The notes under the pieces: model-generated
Told to the model about the DNA's origin: nothing
Seen by the model: the letters and a program-made list of their open reading frames with translations, nothing else
Databases searched by the model: none
Shown: positions 1 to 8,314 of the stretch, in pieces
Layout: the number at the start of each line of letters is the position of its first letter
Position numbering within the stretch: the stretch's first letter is position 1
Program-made: the position numbers and the translations under genes
NCBI GenBank assembly: GCA_023245335.1
Contig: JAHFKK010000001.1
Coordinates: 1,000,019-1,064,018 of the forward strand
Source: Candidatus Gottesmanbacteria bacterium
Lineage (GTDB): Bacteria > Patescibacteriota > Microgenomatia > UBA10105 > UBA927
Length of the DNA stretch: 64,000 nucleotides
Reading direction: 5' to 3'

Positions 1-707
1 AAGTTCGCCATTCTCACGCCTATTGTTGGTCCGAACCCAAACAGTCCGCTTCTTACCGTGCGCTGAGGATGATCGACATCTAACGTCACTTCTATTCTCG
101 GTTCTATCGTCCTTCTAAAACAGCGTACCTCTAATGTGTCGGCCGGATTCCAAAATGCCACGCGCAACTGAGGTAATCCCCTATTTTTCCCCGATACCGC
201 GTGTTCAAGATGCGCGGTTAATTGAAGATTGCCTAACGCGCGAGGGACGACCACACTATGTGCATCGCTGGTAGATTTGTCTTTATCAGCCGGCAATTCG
301 GCGGGGTAATAACGGTCATGTTCACCTTCCTTCTGTATCACCAGATGCAACATATGGCGCCGTACTATATACCTGTCAATACATAAATGCAAGCCTTACA
401 GAACTGATTTGCGCGGACTGTACAACATGGTTTATACTTTCCGCCTATCCATATATAGCGTTTATGATATGCACAAAAATATAGAGCAACGAAATGCTTT
501 AGAACGGCAGGCCGAACAGTTATTGCGAGGATGCAGAAGAATCGGCTGCGTGCATGCAGTCCTTCAGACCGGCGGTTGCGCTGCCGGAAATACTCATAGG
601 GACATTATCGTCGCGTTATCTGGACGGGAAGGATGTCGGGACGCTCAGATCTCGGAGGGCGGAACTACCGTGCGGGTCATATTTGACGGCGTCAAAGTGA
701 CCTATAC

Positions 708-2051
708 TCAATAACGTTCGGGAACCGGAAATTTTGCGGTCAGTTCGGTCACTTCTTTCGCGATCCGCTGAATAGTTTTGTCGGCGGGTAACTCTTTTTT
801 CATTCTGATAATGAATGCTGCCCGCTCTTCTTTGTTCTCCGGCAAACGAATATCTTTTACAGACGAAATAATCTCCGTTATCCACCCGCCTATGAGCTTC
901 ATCTCTTTCTCTTTCATTCCTCTCGTCGTGATCGCGGGAGTTCCCAACCGAATACCGGAAGGATAGACGGATGTCCCGTTGTCAAAGGGAACCGTATTGC
1001 GGTTGACGACGATATTCGCGTACTCCAAGGCCCAGGCGACAACCCACGCTGAGGCGCCGGATGACCGGAGATCGATTAATACCAGGTGTTTATCCGTGCC
1101 CCCTGACACCACATCCAACCCTGCCTTCATAAACAGCCCGGCGAGTATCTGTGCATTTTTTACGACTTGCTTCGCGTACGCGGAAAATGCCGGAGTTTTT
1201 GCTTCTCCGAGAGCGACTGCTATTCCTGCGATCGTATGTTCGTGCGGCCCGCCCTGAATGCTCGGAAATACCGACTGATCTATAGCGGATGACAGCTCTT
1301 TTTTCGAGAATATCATGGCGCCCCTCGGACCGCGAAGCGTTTTGTGCGTCGTCATCATGACGACATCTGCATAGGGAAACGGCGACGTATTCACGCCACC
1401 CGCAATAAGCCCAGCTTCGTGGGATACGTCAGCGAGGTAATACGCGCCGACACTGTGGGCAATACCGGCCATCCGTTTGTGATCGATTTCCCTTGGATAC
1501 GCAGTGCCACCGGATATAAGTAATTTCGGCTTTACTTCTTTGGCCTGTTTCTGAATCTCGTCATAATCAAATACCCGTGTTCCTTTGTCGACGTGATAAA
1601 ACGTGACATCCCAAATTTTGGCGACAAGCGTCACTTTTTTCCCGGGAAGTTGCCACCCATGGGACAAATGCCCGCCGTCAGGCAAATACATAGATAATAT
1701 TCTTTCTCCCGGTTCCAATAGGGCCGCGATGACGGCAAGATTTGCAGGACTCCCGGAAAGCGCCTGGACATTGACGCCCCATTGGTCAGGATCAAGCTGA
1801 AAAAGCTCAAGCGCACGCTTTTTACAAAGGCTTTCCAGCTCATCCACGACACTATTTCCCTGATAATATCGCTTTTTCGCCTGCCCTTCGGCGTATTTGT
1901 TGATAAATACCGACCCTACTGCCTCCCGGACGGCCTGACTGGTATAGTTTTCCGAAGGAATCATCTCCAAAACTTCCTGCTGGCGCTTGGATTCAGCTGT
2001 GATAAGTACTGCTACTTGCCGGTCGGATGTATTTATTGCCATGTATGACAA
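708..2051 (-). CDS. glyA: Serine hydroxymethyltransferase
   Basis: 447 aa. N-terminal MIPSENYTS, a PLP-lysine region (HKTLRGPRG) and overall length are typical of SHMT. Confidence 0.9.
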   Translation of the reverse strand: MSYMAINTSDRQVAVLITAESKRQQEVLEMIPSENYTSQAVREAVGSVFINKYAEGQAKKRYYQGNSVVDELESLCKKRALELFQLDPDQWGVNVQALSGSPANLAVIAALLEPGERILSMYLPDGGHLSHGWQLPGKKVTLVAKIWDVTFYHVDKGTRVFDYDEIQKQAKEVKPKLLISGGTAYPREIDHKRMAGIAHSVGAYYLADVSHEAGLIAGGVNTSPFPYADVVMMTTHKTLRGPRGAMIFSKKELSSAIDQSVFPSIQGGPHEHTIAGIAVALGEAKTPAFSAYAKQVVKNAQILAGLFMKAGLDVVSGGTDKHLVLIDLRSSGASAWVVAWALEYANIVVNRNTVPFDNGTSVYPSGIRLGTPAITTRGMKEKEMKLIGGWITEIISSVKDIRLPENKEERAAFIIRMKKELPADKTIQRIAKEVTELTAKFPVPERY

Positions 2052-2087
2052 TTATATATGAAAGACAGTATGGATTGTATATACGCC

Positions 2088-2897
2088 TTAAGAGGAGACT
2101 TGAGTCTTTTGTACCAACCGGACGACAGCGGGTTCTATGGCACCGCAGATAAACGGCCGTAGGACACGGTCCGGTACCAACGCCCAACTGTCAAACCGGA
2201 ATAATTCCGACTCATTACCTTCTATCGAATCCTGAACCGATACGACGAGCGGCCGGTCGGTATCATAAAAATGCCTGCCGCCGTTTGCCAAGGATATCCC
2301 GCCTGCGTCATTTTCTACCGACTTCCTGCCGCTTCCTTTGGCATAAGCTACGACCTCATCACGGGTATACGGACGCATGTGTGCGTGTACCCGGAGAATG
2401 ACCGTCTTCGGTTCGGAGACACCGTCTTTACCGCATCGGACCGCGGTAAGTGCGTTCACGATCTCCACATCCTTGTCTGACTGGGCCATGGCCTCCGCCG
2501 ACTGACTGGCCCATGTGTCCGGATCCTGGTGGGGCTTCTCGAGTATCGTGAGGCTGCCGTCATCCTCATGAACAAACTGTACCGAATCCGTATAGAGATA
2601 AATCCGGTCTTTGCCGTCCGGAATGACACGCGCGCCTGCCGTATACGCCTCTGCCGTTCCGCAGATCGCACTCACCCAAGCGGCATCTTCGCGGGCTTTC
2701 TCCTCAGCGATAAAGACCGGGCGGATCTCCGTATGCGGTGCCATCCGCTGGATGCGCGTCTCATCAAACCCCGGTTCTTTCCGATCTATATGCCAACCAG
2801 GCAAGGCCGCCTGAAATATGGCGTCTTTGTTGCTGCCGTTGCGGGTGACGATCGTGATATCCGGTCGTTCGATATTCATAGGGTGTAAAAAACGCAA
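2088..2897 (-). CDS. Hypothetical protein
   Basis: 269-aa ORF with no overlapping competitor. No motif recognised. Confidence 0.45.
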   Translation of the reverse strand: MRFLHPMNIERPDITIVTRNGSNKDAIFQAALPGWHIDRKEPGFDETRIQRMAPHTEIRPVFIAEEKAREDAAWVSAICGTAEAYTAGARVIPDGKDRIYLYTDSVQFVHEDDGSLTILEKPHQDPDTWASQSAEAMAQSDKDVEIVNALTAVRCGKDGVSEPKTVILRVHAHMRPYTRDEVVAYAKGSGRKSVENDAGGISLANGGRHFYDTDRPLVVSVQDSIEGNESELFRFDSWALVPDRVLRPFICGAIEPAVVRLVQKTQVSS

Positions 2898-2922
2898 AAA
2901 GGCCCGCGAAGGGCCTCTTGAG
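2889..2922 (-). terminator. Rho-independent terminator (minus strand)
   Basis: Hairpin ggcccgcgaagggcc followed on the minus strand by a T-run (cctttttgcgtttttt). Confidence 0.45.
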
Positions 2923-3057
2923 AACGAATAGAACGAACTGACTGGTATATCCGGTTTTTCATTTGGTGAACCCCTTCTTCCCGATCTTTCGGGACTAGCT
3001 TATCCGCCAGCTGGCGGATGGGCTTCGTTTCTTGAGAAAAAACCTATGTAAAAAAAT

Positions 3058-3090
3058 AAAACGCCCAAAGCTTTGAGCGCTTTTATTGTT
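3058..3090 (-). terminator. Rho-independent terminator downstream of the histidine phosphatase gene
   Basis: Hairpin gcgctcaaagc/gctttgggcg followed by ttttattttttt on the minus strand, about 30 nt after the CDS stop. Confidence 0.5.
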
Positions 3091-3118
3091 TATATCAATT
3101 TCACCCGCAAAAGTCAAA

Positions 3119-3709
3119 TTAGCCACTCTTCGTAATTGAGCTCACCTCACAGCTATTTTTCGTGTCGTCAAAGACGAACTTGTAGCCTCCGGCGAGCGGG
3201 ATCGCGACCGTGCGGCTGGTCGGAAAATCTATGGGCAGTCCCAGATATTTCATAGTCACAAACCGCATCGGATCGCCGTGCGTGACGACCAAGACTTCCT
3301 TTCCCAAGTACTCACGCCGCTTTTCCTCTATAAATCCCGCCATCCGCTCTGCCAATTCCCCCATGGATTCAGCTCCTCTGGAGAGATATTTGGGGGTGTA
3401 GGAAAGCTCTCCGTTGGTCGCGTCAAAAAGGTTCATAGACGCTCCCTCCGCGTGGGTCAGCACCTCGAGCAGACGGTCATCGAATTGTACCGGCAGATGG
3501 AGGGCCGAGCTCAAAATTTCCGCAGTCTCGCGCGTCCGCAAAAGCGGACTGCTGTAAATAGCTCCCACATGCTTATCCCGGAAGTACGGCGCGAGTAATT
3601 CTACCTGTTCCCGCCCGCGGGAAGACAGCGGGTAACCCGGAGACCTCCCCGGATACATATATCCCGGATTGTCGTACTCTCCGTGGCGGACAAGATAGAG
3701 CGTGGTCAT
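3119..3709 (-). CDS. Histidine phosphatase family protein (phosphoglycerate mutase-like)
   Basis: N-terminal LYLVRHGE with RHG catalytic histidine motif, 196 aa. Confidence 0.8.
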   Translation of the reverse strand: MTTLYLVRHGEYDNPGYMYPGRSPGYPLSSRGREQVELLAPYFRDKHVGAIYSSPLLRTRETAEILSSALHLPVQFDDRLLEVLTHAEGASMNLFDATNGELSYTPKYLSRGAESMGELAERMAGFIEEKRREYLGKEVLVVTHGDPMRFVTMKYLGLPIDFPTSRTVAIPLAGGYKFVFDDTKNSCEVSSITKSG

Positions 3710-4819
3710 TTAGATAATGATCTTTTTTTTACGAAGAACAGCAAGAATTTTTTCGTGAATGTCTTCTTTGGAAAGAATTTTTCCTTCCTCCGCACACTCT
3801 ATGAGCGCCCAGTTTTTACGCGTTTTGGCCAAAGATAGATACATTGCTTCAGATGCCTTTCTATGGGTGAGATCGCTTTCCAATATGTCGCTTCTGGCAC
3901 CCAAATATGCGCGGTCGCCTTTCTTTTTCGTGAGCTCCATCCCGATTTGCCACGGCACGTGGAGGTAGATAACGACATCTTCCCGGGGAATTTTGTGTAC
4001 TTTGTACTCCAGCTCGTCTATCCAATCCAAAAATTCAGTGCGTTTATCCTCCGGGAGGCGCGCGCCCTGGTGTGCCATATTACTCGTCGCATAGCGGTTA
4101 CTTATGATGACTCCCCCGTGCGCAAGCCACATATCCATCTCCTCTTTGGCGGACGCACGATCCAATGCATACGCGAGCGAAGCCAGGTACGGCGAGACGT
4201 TGTCCCCGAATTCACCGGCGAGGAACCGTCCGGCTATCTTGCCGTGAAACGAACTATAATATCGCGGGAAATCAAATCCCTTCACCGGAATTTGGTGATC
4301 TTTGAGATAGTGTGTCAGGAGTTCCGCCTGCGTCGTCTTGCCGGATCCGTCGCCGCCGTCTATGACAATAAGCATTCCCCGGCGCTTCCTCTCGACATCT
4401 ACCTGCTCCAAAAAGTGTTTGAGGATAATGGGCAGACCTTCTTCATCATAATGTTCCAAAAATAAATGATCAGAAGGATTACCGGTGATCATGGCGGAAA
4501 GTTCATTGACCGCATCTTTGTAAAACATCGCCAATACGGGTTTATGATGCGTGAGCGCGTACACGATTTCTCCGCCGACGCCGCTACTGGGCTTGGTCAC
4601 TTCGGCAACGACACAATCGGCTTCGTCTATAGCGGTTTTCTCGCGCTGGAAGATCTCTTCGGCAGACCGCGCGGCATCTTTTTCGAGTTCGTGGTGATCC
4701 AGAATCTGTTCACCGGAGGTCAATGTATGCCCCAGTGTCTTGAGGTTGTCGATAATTGCTTTTTCCTGTACGAGATAATCGCCGTTATTTGTCGTCGCCG
4801 CCGTAAAATATATTTTCAT
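3710..4819 (-). CDS. tmk: Fusion protein: N-terminal nucleoside 2-deoxyribosyltransferase/Rcl-like domain plus C-terminal thymidylate (dTMP) kinase
   Basis: The C-terminal half has the Tmk P-loop IVIDGGDGSGKTTQ and lid region. The N-terminal ~140 aa (MKIYFTAA...GGEIVYAL) resembles the NDT/DNPH1 flavodoxin-like fold. Confidence 0.75.
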   Translation of the reverse strand: MKIYFTAATTNNGDYLVQEKAIIDNLKTLGHTLTSGEQILDHHELEKDAARSAEEIFQREKTAIDEADCVVAEVTKPSSGVGGEIVYALTHHKPVLAMFYKDAVNELSAMITGNPSDHLFLEHYDEEGLPIILKHFLEQVDVERKRRGMLIVIDGGDGSGKTTQAELLTHYLKDHQIPVKGFDFPRYYSSFHGKIAGRFLAGEFGDNVSPYLASLAYALDRASAKEEMDMWLAHGGVIISNRYATSNMAHQGARLPEDKRTEFLDWIDELEYKVHKIPREDVVIYLHVPWQIGMELTKKKGDRAYLGARSDILESDLTHRKASEAMYLSLAKTRKNWALIECAEEGKILSKEDIHEKILAVLRKKKIII

Positions 4820-5487
4820 GTTCTCTTCATGTATCCTAGCATATCCGCGACTTCGTAGACGGTAGGCAATGTGACATCCGCGACTTTTCCCGTCGTTTCG
4901 CTCCAGACAAGGCAGGTACGCATACCGAGTATATGTGCCGGCACGAGATCTACCGGTTCCCTATCTCCGATCATCATATGAGCGCCCGCAGGAAGCCCGG
5001 TTTCCTTCATGATATATCGGAATCCCTTCTCGCTTGGTTTGGTCTCTCCGACGACCTCTGATGTCACGATCTTCTCAAAAGTCGAGGGGTCGAGCCCGAT
5101 AATCTTCAGCCCTTTCGCGACCGACTCCTGCGTTCCGTTGACCAGCATGAAATGCCGGTATCGGGAAAGAGCCCGAAACATACCGGCAAGTCTGGCATCG
5201 GGCTTCAAGTACTTCGCATAGTCAACAGCTGCTGCCGTCTCTATCGCTGAGGCTGTATTAGAAATTTTGGCGATGATGGATACGGTCTTGGTACCGCTCG
5301 GAGTGATCACTTTATAAACTTTATAAAATTCTTCACTCGCTTTCTTCTCGGACCAGCCGGTATGCTTCATGATTACCCGTATCTCACCCGCCCGGATTTC
5401 ATCCCATAACGCGAGTTTTTGGCGGTAGAGTGTCCCGTCAAAATCCCAAACGATGATCTGAACGTCCTGAAACAGTGTATGCGGCAT
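4816..5487 (-). CDS. HAD-superfamily hydrolase
   Basis: N-terminal motif I DFDGTL, 223 aa. Overlaps tmk by 4 bp, suggesting an operon. Confidence 0.7.
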   Translation of the reverse strand: MPHTLFQDVQIIVWDFDGTLYRQKLALWDEIRAGEIRVIMKHTGWSEKKASEEFYKVYKVITPSGTKTVSIIAKISNTASAIETAAAVDYAKYLKPDARLAGMFRALSRYRHFMLVNGTQESVAKGLKIIGLDPSTFEKIVTSEVVGETKPSEKGFRYIMKETGLPAGAHMMIGDREPVDLVPAHILGMRTCLVWSETTGKVADVTLPTVYEVADMLGYMKRT

Positions 5488-5496
5488 AAATAGACG

Positions 5497-6132
5497 CTAC
5501 GATAAAGTGCGGAGTTTCATGCGAACCTCATGGACGAGTGTCACGCGTGCTTTGGCACTTTTTATAATATTAAGCTCATCCGTGACCACCTTCAATACGG
5601 GAATATCATTATCTTCGGCAAGCCATTTGTGATTGAGCATATCCAGAAGCTCCAAATATTTCATCGTGATGTGACGTTCATATCCTCGGCCGCGGGCGTC
5701 GATACGATGTGCAAGCTCGCGAATCGACGTCTCGAGGTAAATGATGAGATCCGGTTTGGGGAAATACGGTTCAAATGAACGATAAATTTTCTGGTACAAC
5801 CGCCACTCACTTTCGTCCATATTGCCTAGGACGTGCTGTGCCTTGGCATAGGAAAACGCATCCTCCTGGATCGGTGTATCCAGTACGACCGGCCGCACGA
5901 CAAGCATATTGCGCGTTTCCAAGATCTGCGAAATTTTTTCCATGAGAAAGAACGTCTGCGAATGAAATGCCCATCGTTTCATGTCCGTATAAAATCTCGG
6001 GAGAAACGCATTTTCCCCGAAATTTTCCTCGATGAGCCCGAATCGGAACTCTTTGGCGAGCAATCTCGAGACCGTGGTCTTCCCGCTTCCCATGGTTCCC
6101 ATGACGGTAAGATAGAATAATTTCTTCTTCAC
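5497..6132 (-). CDS. Deoxynucleoside kinase (dNK/dCK/dGK family)
   Basis: P-loop GTMGSGKTT, the ERS-like motif (here ETSIRE) and ~210 aa length are typical of deoxynucleoside kinases. Confidence 0.75.
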   Translation of the reverse strand: MKKKLFYLTVMGTMGSGKTTVSRLLAKEFRFGLIEENFGENAFLPRFYTDMKRWAFHSQTFFLMEKISQILETRNMLVVRPVVLDTPIQEDAFSYAKAQHVLGNMDESEWRLYQKIYRSFEPYFPKPDLIIYLETSIRELAHRIDARGRGYERHITMKYLELLDMLNHKWLAEDNDIPVLKVVTDELNIIKSAKARVTLVHEVRMKLRTLS

Positions 6133-6158
6133 TCAAACGTTGTATCATATAGAGAGAT

Positions 6159-7883
6159 ATGAGAGCAAGAAAGACGAGGAGCGCGTGGATCGAAATTATT
6201 TTAGGCAGTATTCTCCTTATCGCTACATTTTTACGTTTGTGGCAATTGGGATCTGTCCAACCCGGTTTGGCAAATGACGAGGCAGGCATTATCTATAGTG
6301 CATACTCCATCTGGAAAACAGGGCGCGAGCCGGCAGGCAAATTTTTACCCACTTCTATACAACTCGACAATTCATTTTCCCCCGTATACATCTATATAAC
6401 CGCGCCATTCGTAGGTCTCCTCGGCTTATCCCCGTGGGCAGGAAGGCTTCCATTCGCATTAACTGGAATCATGAGCGTGCTTCTTCTCTATTTCATTGTC
6501 AAAAAACTTAGCGACAACGATATCGTGGCATTAGGTGCTGCTGGCATCTTGGCACTTATCCCTTGGCATATATACGTTTCCCGCGCGGCGTTCGACGCTA
6601 ATTTTGCACTCGTCTTCTTTTTGGCAGGAATATATGCATTTCTTACATCTCAAAACAAACGGGTTAGGTCAATCCTCTGGTCACTCCTTTGGTTTTTTCT
6701 CGCGTTTTATAGTTATCACGCAACCAAACTATATTTCGTATTACTGCTTCCGACTCTCATCCTCATCTATTGGAAGTCACGAACTACCATACAGCGTATA
6801 GTCTTTATCCTCGGTACAATTCTCATCCTCTGCTCGTATGTGATTGTCCTCAAGACAAATGGACCGAATACACGAGCCGATGTTTTGATTTGGCAAAACA
6901 TGGACCAGTATAGTACCGAAGTTAATTGGCAACGCGAAAAATCTACCCTACCCGAAGGCCTTCGACCCGTATTCTCTAATAAAGTAACCGTAGCGGTACG
7001 CAAAGCAACCGAAACCTATCTAGAGGCGTTCTCAACAAACTATCTCTTTCTTTATGGAGAAACTGGTGCACTAACGAGTGTCTATGGCGGCATCATTAAC
7101 CAAGGACAATTATTTATTTTCATGCTACCATTTCTTATCTTTGGTGTCGTCGGTCTTTCAAAAACTTCAACGCGCACCAAACTACTTGTTACACTGCTTT
7201 TTTTATTCGCTCCAGTACCATCAGCCGCAGCATCGGACCGCACGCTTATTTTTCGAAGCTTCATGCTTTTAATCCCGCTTCCTATACTCGCGGGCTACGG
7301 CATTAACGAATGTATTATGTGGCTCAATACACAACGAAGCATCACAAAATGGATTGTTGTAGCGGGATACAGCATCTTTATTATAATCACACTTTGTTCA
7401 TATATTGCACATCTGTGGTACCGATATCCCGTCTATGGCGCAGAACGATGGTTTAAAAGCAGCACAGATCTCAGTATCTATGTACGAGATCATCATACAG
7501 ACTACTCTCGCGTAATCATTGTTCAATCCGGTTCCATGTTCCTATTTCAATTCGGTATATACGCTAAAATAGATCCAATCATAATACAGCGGGCTTGGAA
7601 CGCCAGACCACGAAGTGTCATAGACAATATCGTCTTTGCTGAATCTCCGTCATGCCCACGGATAACCCTCCCCACACGAGAAACCGCGTCATTGACAAAC
7701 CTGCTCCTCGTATGGCCGGATAATTGCGCAAATAGTTTGCTATCCACGCTGCCCCAAGTTTATACAATCAGGGAACGTGGCGAGCCTCTACGCTCCATAT
7801 GGCGAATGTATTCGCTACCAGCTAACACAACCTTCCAAACGAATTATCCGATGGATTTTTTCAGTCTTCCGACGAACCAATGA
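6159..7883 (+). CDS. GT39/GT83 (PMT/ArnT-like) polytopic membrane glycosyltransferase
   Basis: 574 aa with about 11 TM segments. The N-terminal loop carries the DE motif (NDEAGIIYSAYS) typical of ArnT/PMT GT-C enzymes. Confidence 0.7.
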   Translation: MRARKTRSAWIEIILGSILLIATFLRLWQLGSVQPGLANDEAGIIYSAYSIWKTGREPAGKFLPTSIQLDNSFSPVYIYITAPFVGLLGLSPWAGRLPFALTGIMSVLLLYFIVKKLSDNDIVALGAAGILALIPWHIYVSRAAFDANFALVFFLAGIYAFLTSQNKRVRSILWSLLWFFLAFYSYHATKLYFVLLLPTLILIYWKSRTTIQRIVFILGTILILCSYVIVLKTNGPNTRADVLIWQNMDQYSTEVNWQREKSTLPEGLRPVFSNKVTVAVRKATETYLEAFSTNYLFLYGETGALTSVYGGIINQGQLFIFMLPFLIFGVVGLSKTSTRTKLLVTLLFLFAPVPSAAASDRTLIFRSFMLLIPLPILAGYGINECIMWLNTQRSITKWIVVAGYSIFIIITLCSYIAHLWYRYPVYGAERWFKSSTDLSIYVRDHHTDYSRVIIVQSGSMFLFQFGIYAKIDPIIIQRAWNARPRSVIDNIVFAESPSCPRITLPTRETASLTNLLLVWPDNCANSLLSTLPQVYTIRERGEPLRSIWRMYSLPANTTFQTNYPMDFFSLPTNQ

Positions 7884-7997
7884 CACTGGAATCAAAAATA
7901 GTCAGTTGCGTGACATGACGATTTGACACCACATGACCTAATGTATAGCATACGAGTTGCAAGGAGCACATTTACAGGGAGCGGAAACTGGAAATTT

Positions 7998-8165
7998 TTT
8001 AGCGTGTGGCCCCGGTCACGACACAATCGGACCGTGGGATACGAGGAAGGCGTAAGCGAAACTATCTGCGGGTACGCCTCGGTTGCACTCTCAACCGCAA
8101 TCCGGATGAAAAACCCAACCGTAAGGCTGGATATAGATCAACCGGTTATGAGTCCGCCTCTCTAG
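7998..8165 (+). ncRNA. glmS ribozyme (glucosamine-6-phosphate-activated self-cleaving riboswitch)
   Basis: Found 150 nt upstream of the glmS ATG. It aligns to the conserved core AGCG...ACGAGGA-GGCG-UAAGCGAAA-CUGCGGGUACGCCU-CGGUUG...CAACCG...CCGUAAGG (Rfam RF00234: GACGAGGA..UAUCGAAU..GGCGGAUGCCUCC..CGGCUG..CAGCCGUAAGG). Confidence 0.55.
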
Positions 8166-8314
8166 ATCATTCTTACAAATTTACAAACAAAGGGCAGCAC
8201 ATAGCTTGTTCTGTCTTTAACTACGTTTATTAGGTGTGTCACGTATCATGTATCAATGTGTCACGCTCACATTCCTGACACTTGAGACCTGACGCCCATG
8301 ACACTATATATCTT

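Noticed and set aside
409-714. 101-aa plus-strand ORF at the window start.
   Set aside because: No recognisable motif, and it lies in an AT-rich region that is probably the glyA downstream/intergenic region. Too weak to call.
7923-8233. Small ORFs 7923-8165 and 8006-8233 upstream of glmS.
   Set aside because: The region aligns to the glmS ribozyme core. The ORFs have no RBS context and overlap a structured leader.
8282-8314. N-terminal extension of glmS starting at 8282 (MRPDAHDTIYL...).
   Set aside because: GlmS requires Cys as the first residue after Met removal (MCGIFGY). An extension would bury the nucleophile.
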